Below the pieces are notes generated by a model that worked only from the letters and a program-made list of their open reading frames with translations, did no database searches and had not been told where the DNA came from. A program made the position numbers and the translations under genes. A stretch of DNA of 64,000 nt, from assembly GCA_018065615.1 (NCBI GenBank), contig JAGHSY010000033.1, forward strand, positions 8,210 through 72,209, in the 5' to 3' direction. Positions 9,849-17,729 of the stretch are shown here, piece after piece. Position 1 is the first letter of the stretch. Each line of letters opens with the position of its first letter. The stretch is from Candidatus Colenecus caballi (lineage in GTDB: Bacteria > Bacteroidota > Bacteroidia > Bacteroidales > Bacteroidaceae).

Positions 9849-10901
9849 ATGAAACATCTCATAGTTGTACATAGCCATCTTTCCTATCTTGTCATCAATC
9901 AGTATTTTCTTGACAGGAATATTGATCCAGACGATTGCCTGTTCATTGTAAATGCCCGATACAGACACTTGCCGGAAGGAAACCACTATACCAATTTCAT
10001 ATTTTTTCCTGATGAACTGCTGCCGGATGGTTTTAAGAGAGTTTTCCATAAGAACAACATCATAACCGGAATAAAGAACATAAAATACATTGAAAACAGA
10101 ATCAATGAATTCTTTCATGGTGATTTATTCCTAATGTATCTGACAACCACCAGCCTTGATTACCTGAGCGCGCTGGTTACAATGAAGCAGTGTAAAGGCT
10201 ACTATCTGATGGAAGAAGGATCGGCCTCATATTACAGGAAGGCCGAAATTCCCAAACTCTATAAGGGAGCAGCATACGGATTCGCTTTCATCCTGTCTAA
10301 GATCCTGCCCAGATTCTTTGCCTTGAAATGTTCGTCATTCTCATACGACAACAAGTACTTTCTTGGAACAATTTCCACTGCAGAAAATGCTTTTCCTGAC
10401 TTTCCGGGCGTACACATTGTCATCAATACTCCATTTACAGGAATCGAACTTGATTCTGTTCCGGATGTCATACTCTCAATTGATTCCAGCCTTATGATTT
10501 CCTTAGGAGATTTCTTTCCAAAGGAACTCTATGAGAAGATTGCCGTATTCTTCAAAAATAAAGGCTATAAGAGCATTGCCTATAAGTTCCATCCAAAATA
10601 TTTCGTATTTCCTGAACTGCTTGCGGCTTATAGAGAAGGCCTGACAAGTGTATTTGGTGAAAGCATTGTGGAACTGCCTGAAAGCAGCCAGCTTGAAAAT
10701 TATTTTCTGTCATATCCGATAGACTTCTGCTCAGACTTCTCATCAGTGGGAATCTATGCATCGAACTTTGGCAGAAAGTGTTACAGTTACAGAGATCTTG
10801 TAATGGAAACATATCCTGACAGCACTTATGACAAAGATTTCAACATTCCGAAAATAGTATTCGGATTTTATACGAAAATCAATGCATCAGAAATTCAATA
10901 A
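9849..10901 (+). CDS. hypothetical protein; candidate nonulosonic-acid (sialyl-type) transferase
   Basis: 350 aa with no family I recognise outright. It contains YYLMEEGSASYY (D/E-D/E-G) and AYKFHPKYF (HP), the two motifs shared by bacterial sialyltransferases. It lies immediately after the CMP-sugar pathway genes. The DNA is AT-rich. Confidence 0.45.
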   Translation: MKHLIVVHSHLSYLVINQYFLDRNIDPDDCLFIVNARYRHLPEGNHYTNFIFFPDELLPDGFKRVFHKNNIITGIKNIKYIENRINEFFHGDLFLMYLTTTSLDYLSALVTMKQCKGYYLMEEGSASYYRKAEIPKLYKGAAYGFAFILSKILPRFFALKCSSFSYDNKYFLGTISTAENAFPDFPGVHIVINTPFTGIELDSVPDVILSIDSSLMISLGDFFPKELYEKIAVFFKNKGYKSIAYKFHPKYFVFPELLAAYREGLTSVFGESIVELPESSQLENYFLSYPIDFCSDFSSVGIYASNFGRKCYSYRDLVMETYPDSTYDKDFNIPKIVFGFYTKINASEIQ

Positions 10902-10930
10902 TTAATTCGTACTTTCGCCAGTAATAGAAA

Positions 10931-12304
10931 ATGATTATGAAGAATATAGCAGTCGTCTTGGCAGGAGGTGTAGGAGAACGATGTGGCCTGGGTGCCCCGA
11001 AACAGTTCTTCAAGGTGGCCGGCAAAACTGTCATTGAACATACCGTTGACGTGTTCCAGAACAACAGGCACATTGATGAGATTGCTCTGGTAATAAATGC
11101 CATGTTCCAGCGTGAGATTCAGGATATGGTGACGCGCAACAAATGGTCAAAGGTCAAGAAAATCCTTCTTGGAGGAAAGGAACGTTACGAATCAAGCCTG
11201 GCCGCCATCAATGCCTATGACATGTACCCTGACTGCAACCTTATTTTCCATGACGCCGTACGTCCGCTGCTTGACGACCGTATCATTGATGACATAGTTG
11301 CCGCTCTGGACCGGTATCAGGCAATTGACGTAGCCGTACCCGCCACAGACACAATCATTCAGGTCGATGCTGACGGACAGTTCATTGAAAACATTCCCAA
11401 CCGCCGCCTTCTCAGGCGCGGCCAAACCCCACAGGCCTTCAGGCAGAAGACCATCAGGGAAGCATACGAAATTGCTCTGAAGGATCCTGATTTCGTGTCG
11501 TCCGATGACTGCGGAACCGTTGTGAAATACCTGCCACAGGTCAAAGTCTATGTGGTCAGGGGCGAGGAATCAAACATGAAGCTCACTTACAAGGAAGATT
11601 CATATCTGCTTGACAAGCTGTTCCAGCTCAGGTCAACATCTGTCCGTGACGATGCAGATCTGACAGTACTGAAAGGTAAGGTTCTTGCCGTTTTCGGAGG
11701 CAATTCAGGCATAGGTGCAGAGATCATGAAGAAGGCGGAATCATTCGGTGGAATCGCATATTCTTTCTCAAGGAGTACAACTGGAACAGACATTGCAGAC
11801 CGCAGCTCCGTCAAGGCTTGTCTGGAAAAGATTGCATCGGAACAGGGCCATATAGACTATGTGGTGAATTCGGCCGCTATACTGGTCCGCGAACCATTGG
11901 TGACCATGGACGAGAATGTCCTGTCAACTATGATAAGAACAAACTATGACGGAATGGTCAACATTGCCGTGGAAAGTTTCCCTTATCTGAAACAGAGCCA
12001 TGGCCAGCTGCTGCTGTACACATCAAGTTCATACACGCGCGGACGTGCCCTATACAGCATCTATTCATCAACAAAGGCAGCTGTAGTCAACTTCATGCAG
12101 GCACTGGCACAGGAATGGGACGCTGACGGCATACGTGTCAACGTCATGAATCCGGAACGCACCAAAACGCCAATGCGCCTGCAGAATTTCGGAAACGAGC
12201 CTGAAGGCACTCTGCTTGATGCCGCAACTGTGGCCGATGCCTCACTCAAGACACTGATATCGGACCTGACAGGTCAGGTATTTGACGTCCGCATAAAGAA
12301 ATGA
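10931..12304 (+). CDS. bifunctional cytidylyltransferase/short-chain reductase, Bcs1-like CDP-ribitol synthase
   Basis: N-terminal IspD/TarI-like VVLAGGVGERCGLGAPKQF. C-terminal SDR with FGGNSGIGAEI and the catalytic YSSTK. Confidence 0.75.
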   Translation: MIMKNIAVVLAGGVGERCGLGAPKQFFKVAGKTVIEHTVDVFQNNRHIDEIALVINAMFQREIQDMVTRNKWSKVKKILLGGKERYESSLAAINAYDMYPDCNLIFHDAVRPLLDDRIIDDIVAALDRYQAIDVAVPATDTIIQVDADGQFIENIPNRRLLRRGQTPQAFRQKTIREAYEIALKDPDFVSSDDCGTVVKYLPQVKVYVVRGEESNMKLTYKEDSYLLDKLFQLRSTSVRDDADLTVLKGKVLAVFGGNSGIGAEIMKKAESFGGIAYSFSRSTTGTDIADRSSVKACLEKIASEQGHIDYVVNSAAILVREPLVTMDENVLSTMIRTNYDGMVNIAVESFPYLKQSHGQLLLYTSSSYTRGRALYSIYSSTKAAVVNFMQALAQEWDADGIRVNVMNPERTKTPMRLQNFGNEPEGTLLDAATVADASLKTLISDLTGQVFDVRIKK

Positions 12305-13497
12305 CGGTCATGAAATTCATTGCCTACCTGATCTGCTACATAATTTATCCGTTCTCATTCCTGTTCCCACGCAGCAGGAACAAATATGCATTCGGCAGTT
12401 TCCGCGGATCGTTCAATGACAACGCCCGCTATCTGTTCATATATGCAGCCGGACATTCTGAGGGCGAAATCAGGACGGCATGGATTTCAAAGAACCGGGA
12501 CAGCGTAAGGAAAGCCCGCAGCTACGGACTCAGGGCATATTGGATTTTCAATCCCGCCGGAATCTGGTATGCGCTGACATCAAGATACTGGTTCTTCAAC
12601 TCATATACATCGGACATAATGTTCTGCCTGTCAGGCGGTGCGGTCTGTATAAACCTGTGGCACGGCGTCGGTCTGAAAAGAACAGAGTTCAACACCATAT
12701 CCGGCCCGCTTGCCGATCGTTATTCAAAGAAGAACAGGCTGGATGTATTCTACCACCCTGAATCATTCCGCCGGCCGGACTGGCTTCTTACATCCACCCC
12801 GTTCCAGACATCCATGTTCGCTAAGGCATTCCGCATTCCTGAAGACCGTTGTCTGGAATTCGGATACCCCAGAAACCGCATCCTGACATGCAGTGAAGAT
12901 GAACGCAGCAGTTTCATAAGGAAATATGAGACAACTGAAACCGGTCAGTTCATTGAAAGGCTGGCAGGATATGACAAGGTGTATGTCTATATGCCCACAT
13001 GGCGTGACTCACAACGGACAATATTCTTACAGAGCATGGACCTTGAACGGCTTAACGGCATAATGGCCGGAAAACATTCTCTGCTAATACTCAAACCGCA
13101 TGCCAACGTCATTCTGACAGACAACATACAGTCACTTTCAAATGTCATCCTCTTTGATCCGAAAATGGACATCTATCCGGTGCTGCCCTATTCCGATGTC
13201 CTGATTACCGACTATTCGTCAATCCTTTACGACTGGCTTCTCATGGAATATAAGGATGTCATACTCTACCTGTATGACTATGAGACATACGTTAAGGAAC
13301 GTGACTTCTATTATCCGTTTGACGAAAATGTGGCTGGCACAAAGGTCTATGATTTCGAATCATTGTGTTCATGTCTGGAATCAGGGGACCACGCCATGTC
13401 CGATGACGAACGCTGCAGGATTGTGGAAAAGTTCTGGGGCCGGTCAGCAGGATATGACTCATCGGAAAAGATTTTGGAATTTGTTGAAAGAATATGA
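12301..13497 (+). CDS. CDP-alditol phosphotransferase (TagB/TagF, Glyphos_transf family)
   Basis: YMPTWRDS and VLITDYSSILYDW are signature motifs of teichoic-acid-type glycerol/ribitol-phosphate transferases. Confidence 0.8.
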   Translation: MTVMKFIAYLICYIIYPFSFLFPRSRNKYAFGSFRGSFNDNARYLFIYAAGHSEGEIRTAWISKNRDSVRKARSYGLRAYWIFNPAGIWYALTSRYWFFNSYTSDIMFCLSGGAVCINLWHGVGLKRTEFNTISGPLADRYSKKNRLDVFYHPESFRRPDWLLTSTPFQTSMFAKAFRIPEDRCLEFGYPRNRILTCSEDERSSFIRKYETTETGQFIERLAGYDKVYVYMPTWRDSQRTIFLQSMDLERLNGIMAGKHSLLILKPHANVILTDNIQSLSNVILFDPKMDIYPVLPYSDVLITDYSSILYDWLLMEYKDVILYLYDYETYVKERDFYYPFDENVAGTKVYDFESLCSCLESGDHAMSDDERCRIVEKFWGRSAGYDSSEKILEFVERI

Positions 13498-14399
13498 TTT
13501 CAGTTATAATCTGCACATACAATAGAGAGAAGTACATCTATAACGTACTGAAAAGCCTTGCTGACGGCACTATGCCTGCAAACGCATATGAAATCATACT
13601 TGTTGACAACAACTGTACTGACGGAACACGTCAGGAAGTGGACCGGTTCTGTAAAGATTTCCCGAACGTACAGCTGAGATACTGTATAGAAACCAATCAG
13701 GGCCTGTCCCATGCCCGCAACAGGGGAATCCAGGAATCAGCAGGCAACATACTGGTCTATGTCGATGATGACGCAACAGTAAATGCAGAATACCTTTCAG
13801 CCTATGCCTCATGGTTTGAAGCCCACCCCGAAACCCATGCGGCAGGCGGACCAATCATTCCACATTATGAAACAGGCAGTGAACCGCGCTGGATGACCTA
13901 TTTCATAAAGAGACTCCTGACCGGATATCTGTATTTTGGAGACAAGGCCAAACCTTTCCCCGGTGACAACTACCCCGGAGGCGGAAATGCCGCATACCGC
14001 AGGGAAGTGTTTGATAAGGTCGGACTTTACAACGTCCAGCTGGGACGTAACGGTGACAGTCTGGCCGGCGGTGAGGAAAAGGACATATTCAACAAAATGA
14101 AAAAGGAAGACATGCAGTTCACATATCTTCCCGATGCTGTTCTGTATCACAGCATTCCAGCCTACAAACTGGAACCTGACTATTTCAACCGCCTGACATA
14201 CAGCATAGGTCAGAGCGAAAGGGCACGTACTTTAAAAATTGGAAAGAAAGCTTACCGTGGACGTATTCTGTCAGAGTGCAGGAAATGGGCCGCAACAATT
14301 GTATTGTGGTGTTTCTATCTTGTTACATTCAGACCGTCACGCGGAAATATGCTCATACGCTTCCGCCGCAATGTGACACGTGGCCTGACCGGAAAATAA
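13494..14399 (+). CDS. family 2 glycosyltransferase
   Basis: ISVIICTYNRE, VDNNCTDGT and the DxD-type VYVDDDA. Confidence 0.85.
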   Translation: MISVIICTYNREKYIYNVLKSLADGTMPANAYEIILVDNNCTDGTRQEVDRFCKDFPNVQLRYCIETNQGLSHARNRGIQESAGNILVYVDDDATVNAEYLSAYASWFEAHPETHAAGGPIIPHYETGSEPRWMTYFIKRLLTGYLYFGDKAKPFPGDNYPGGGNAAYRREVFDKVGLYNVQLGRNGDSLAGGEEKDIFNKMKKEDMQFTYLPDAVLYHSIPAYKLEPDYFNRLTYSIGQSERARTLKIGKKAYRGRILSECRKWAATIVLWCFYLVTFRPSRGNMLIRFRRNVTRGLTGK

Positions 14400-14978
14400 T
14401 CAGCCGAACACCTTCTCCAGCAAATCAACAAACTCCCTGTAGGCAAACGTATCCTTGAGTTCTGAGAGCGATGCCGCCAGACCGCGGTAGTGCCACTCAT
14501 GGTCTGCCTTGCCGCCAGGAGCATGGAAAAGGCTCCACAGCTTGTCTCCGTCCTTCATATAGTCCCTGTAGATGGCGCGCATGTTTGACAGCTTGTCACC
14601 CATGGCCACCATTTTGGAATCCGTTGACACTTTTGCCAGACGGTCAATTGCGGCCTGCTTGCGGTCACGCCAGCTGTCAGTCTCACTTACCCCTTCAGTG
14701 AACCTGTCACTTTCAGAATCGACAATGGCGGCAATCCTGTCACCGAATTCGGCACGGATCTGTTCAACGGTGACATCGGTGTCCTCAACCGTATCATGAA
14801 GTGCGGCGGCGGCCAGCAGTTCCTGGTCCGATGTCATGGAAGCCACAATTTCCACAGCTTCCATCGGATGTACTATGTACGGAAAACCCTTTCCGCGACG
14901 TTCAGTATTCTCATGTGCCTTGACTGCAAATACTATTGCCTTGTCAAGCAGTGCCGTATCAATGTACTTGTTTCCCAT
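14400..14978 (-). CDS. HD-domain small alarmone hydrolase (SpoT/Mesh1-like (p)ppGpp-type pyrophosphohydrolase)
   Basis: 192 aa. HPMEAVEIV, AAALHDTVEDTD and MGDKLSNMRA match the RSH hydrolase-domain motifs. The start lies 2 nt after the synthetase stop. Confidence 0.8.
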   Translation of the reverse strand: MGNKYIDTALLDKAIVFAVKAHENTERRGKGFPYIVHPMEAVEIVASMTSDQELLAAAALHDTVEDTDVTVEQIRAEFGDRIAAIVDSESDRFTEGVSETDSWRDRKQAAIDRLAKVSTDSKMVAMGDKLSNMRAIYRDYMKDGDKLWSLFHAPGGKADHEWHYRGLAASLSELKDTFAYREFVDLLEKVFG

Positions 14979-14980
14979 AC

Positions 14981-16099
14981 CTACTGTTTTTTCATGAACG
15001 GCATCCTGGCTGTCTTTTCAACCAGCCTCTGTGCCCTTGTCCTGTTATATGATGATGGTCCGTTCAGTTCATCAAAGAATGATGCCAGACCGTCTTCTCC
15101 GCCTCCGTTTTTAAGAATATGTACGATGCACAGATCCTGGACTGACACCGTCGATGAAATGATGTCAAGGTCCGTACCGCCAATTTCAAGCTTTGCCAGC
15201 TGATAGGCATCATCACTTGACTCCTTCTGCAGCTTCTCAATGTCACCAAGAGTCTTGAAACCCAGATACTTGAACATTCTCAGATACGGCATCAGGGTGT
15301 CCTGATGGATTTCGGCCTGATTGATGGCTGCAATATGGTTGTTCAGTTTGTCAAAAGGCTTCAGATTCAGGTAACTGCGGAACGTGTCGACATCAAGTGA
15401 GACCTCGTCAAAATTACCGCTGGCAACCAGAGCCTGTACCTGACGGCGGTATTCGTTGACGGCTATGCGGATGCGGCTGAACTCGTCATCGGCAAGTTCA
15501 AGCACTCCGGCCAGACGGTTCATGTTCCTCAAATGCTCGACAGGAATCTCCACATCACCCTTGTATCCGCAGTCATGGTTCATGTTGGCCCACATGTGCT
15601 GCAGGGTTGTACGCAGCTGCAGTTCCCATCGGAATTCATTTATCTCCGGATGGGCCGGATCGTGGTACAGTTTCTTTGGGACACGGCAGATGTAATGCAG
15701 TGACATGTATCCGAAACTGTCAAGAGTGTGCATCTTGCGCTTGTCAACTGAATTCTCCCAGTCAATGTCAAAGTTGTTTTCTGCAATGGCCGCAATCTTG
15801 TCCACGTCATCAGTATAGAAAGTGATGACACGTGTACCGACAATGTCCGTGATGTCACTCAGAGTCCTGTATTTGTGACCTTTCAGTTCCAGCTTGCCGG
15901 CAAGGCTCTTCTCTTCCTTGACACGCCCTTCAACTGCAGTTACAAACATGCCGTTCTGTTTGAGCGCCTGTCTTATGCAGTCCAGAATGATTTCCTTTAT
16001 CTTGACGAATGACTCATAGTTTGCACGATACTCTTCAAGTATCATCGTGCAGTGCATGTCAAGACCGTATTTTTCAAGATCGTCCTGTTCCATAAACAT
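14981..16099 (-). CDS. RelA/SpoT-synthetase-domain protein (small alarmone synthetase-like pyrophosphokinase) with ~160-aa C-terminal extension
   Basis: RVKEEKSLAGK, DIVGTRVITF, GYMSLHYI and ELQLRTTLQHMWANMNHD are the four synthetase motifs, all intact. I do not recognise the C-terminal third. Confidence 0.85.
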   Translation of the reverse strand: MFMEQDDLEKYGLDMHCTMILEEYRANYESFVKIKEIILDCIRQALKQNGMFVTAVEGRVKEEKSLAGKLELKGHKYRTLSDITDIVGTRVITFYTDDVDKIAAIAENNFDIDWENSVDKRKMHTLDSFGYMSLHYICRVPKKLYHDPAHPEINEFRWELQLRTTLQHMWANMNHDCGYKGDVEIPVEHLRNMNRLAGVLELADDEFSRIRIAVNEYRRQVQALVASGNFDEVSLDVDTFRSYLNLKPFDKLNNHIAAINQAEIHQDTLMPYLRMFKYLGFKTLGDIEKLQKESSDDAYQLAKLEIGGTDLDIISSTVSVQDLCIVHILKNGGGEDGLASFFDELNGPSSYNRTRAQRLVEKTARMPFMKKQ

Positions 16100-16884
16100 C
16101 AGATGAGATATCTGTTCCTCATTGTTTCAATATCGCGGTCTGTCATGCCGAAACACTTATGCAGATAGTCCAGCAAAGAGCCGTATCTGCTGCAGATGGC
16201 ATCAAGTCCCATCCTGAAATACTCCACATTGGCGCCGGCAAAAGTCTGGATGACCTTTTTGACCTCAATGTCTGTAACTCCCATTCTGTCACAGAGTTCC
16301 CTGACTTTGCTCGAATACTGGAAATTTGACAGGTCATAGTCAGCCACAATAGTGTCAATGTCACAGCCAAGTGCCGCAAGAACAAATGCGGCACCCATTC
16401 CGGTGCGGTCCTTGCCCTGCGAACAGTGCCACAGAATGGCACCGTCCTCATTGTCAACGACCAGACGCATGAACTTTGCATATGCAGGAACAGCACCGTC
16501 ACCAAGGCCCAGATCCATGTACATCTGTCTGGCAAAAGCCTGCACCTGCGGACGGTCGGCATACCTTATCAGCATGTCCAGCGGGTCAGCGTCATCATTC
16601 TTGAAGATTTCCTTCCAGACTTCACCGTTGGAATCAATCAACGGCATATGCAGATATCTGGCACCCGGAATCATCCGGTCCGGCGCCATTTCCACCTCAT
16701 AGTCAGAACGGAAATCAACGACAGTACGCACCCTGTAGCCATTGGCCAGCAGGTCCAGATCGGAATCCGATGCCTTTATGAGCGCACCGCAGCGTAAAAG
16801 CACCCCCGATCTGATAACGCGGCCTTCCTTATTTTTCAGACCGCCAAGACACCTGAAGTTTACAATATGTTCAGGTTCTCTCAT
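16099..16884 (-). CDS. protein-tyrosine-phosphatase-superfamily phosphatase (CX5R, Tyr_phosphatase_3-like)
   Basis: P-loop WHCSQGKDRTG. TGATG stop/start overlap with the downstream synthetase gene. Confidence 0.75.
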   Translation of the reverse strand: MREPEHIVNFRCLGGLKNKEGRVIRSGVLLRCGALIKASDSDLDLLANGYRVRTVVDFRSDYEVEMAPDRMIPGARYLHMPLIDSNGEVWKEIFKNDDADPLDMLIRYADRPQVQAFARQMYMDLGLGDGAVPAYAKFMRLVVDNEDGAILWHCSQGKDRTGMGAAFVLAALGCDIDTIVADYDLSNFQYSSKVRELCDRMGVTDIEVKKVIQTFAGANVEYFRMGLDAICSRYGSLLDYLHKCFGMTDRDIETMRNRYLI

Positions 16885-16891
16885 CAGACAA

Positions 16892-17194
16892 TCAGATTAT
16901 CTTGATGATGTTTGAGAAACCGGTAATGTCAAACACTTCCTTTACCTGGGGGTTCATGTTGGTCATGACCATGCTGCCGCCACGTGAGTTGACACTCTTC
17001 TGAAGCATGAGGAACATTCTCAGTCCCTGGCTTGAAGTGTATTCCATTGCAGTGCAGTCAAGTGTAATATCGGGTTTTTCTCCTGTCATCAGCGGTTCGA
17101 TGTCCTTCTGGAACTGGTCTGCGTTTGTGGTGTCAAGACGGCCTTCAAGCACAACATTGAATTTGTTTTCCTCCTGATTGATAGTTACATTCAT
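16892..17194 (-). CDS. STAS-domain anti-sigma-factor antagonist (SpoIIAA/RsbV-like)
   Basis: 100 aa with the conserved phospho-serine context EYTSSQGLRMF. Confidence 0.85.
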   Translation of the reverse strand: MNVTINQEENKFNVVLEGRLDTTNADQFQKDIEPLMTGEKPDITLDCTAMEYTSSQGLRMFLMLQKSVNSRGGSMVMTNMNPQVKEVFDITGFSNIIKII

Positions 17195-17228
17195 AGTAGT
17201 TTTCAGTTTATTGTTATTTGTTATTGTT

Positions 17229-17627
17229 TCATCCGATTTTCTTTATCATAGTAAGGTTGTTGCAACCGTCCTTGTACTCATAGCTGATGTCATCCATCAT
17301 CTGCTTGCACAGGAAAATTCCCAGACCGCCTATTTCACGGTCTTCGGCCGACAGGGTAATGTCAGGGTCGTCTTTGGCCAGCGGATTGAACTGGATACCC
17401 GAATCACGGAACGTTATGTAAAGATTGTCTCCTTTTATTTCCGTACCTACTTCAACGTATCCGTTTCCGTTCTCATAGGCATAATTGACTATGTTTTCAA
17501 CCACTTCTTCAATACATAATCTGAGTTTGAACTGCAGGGCAGGATCATCGACCATGTCTTCAGAAGCCATAAGAGTTTCAATGATTTGCGCAGACTTGCC
17601 GGCAATCGGATCAATCAGTACTTTCAT
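17229..17627 (-). CDS. anti-sigma-factor-type serine kinase (SpoIIAB/RsbW-like, HATPase_c_2)
   Basis: Start chosen at MKVLIDPIAG (cat at 17625-17627). N-box EEVVENIVNYA, G1 FRDSGIQFNP, G2 GGLGIFLCK. Confidence 0.85.
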   Translation of the reverse strand: MKVLIDPIAGKSAQIIETLMASEDMVDDPALQFKLRLCIEEVVENIVNYAYENGNGYVEVGTEIKGDNLYITFRDSGIQFNPLAKDDPDITLSAEDREIGGLGIFLCKQMMDDISYEYKDGCNNLTMIKKIG

Positions 17628-17699
17628 TTCGTCCTTATTTTGAATAGCGCAAAGAAAACGAAAAAAGTGCCTAAAATCAAATAATACCATATCTTTCTT

Positions 17700-17707
17700 T
17701 ATCTTTG
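17700..17707 (+). promoter_or_regulatory. candidate Bacteroidota -7 promoter box (TAnnTTTG)
   Basis: TATCTTTG lies 22 nt upstream of the lipid-kinase ATG, inside the 102-bp divergent intergenic region. Confidence 0.3.
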
Positions 17708-17729
17708 TAATACAGAAACTATTGTTGAC

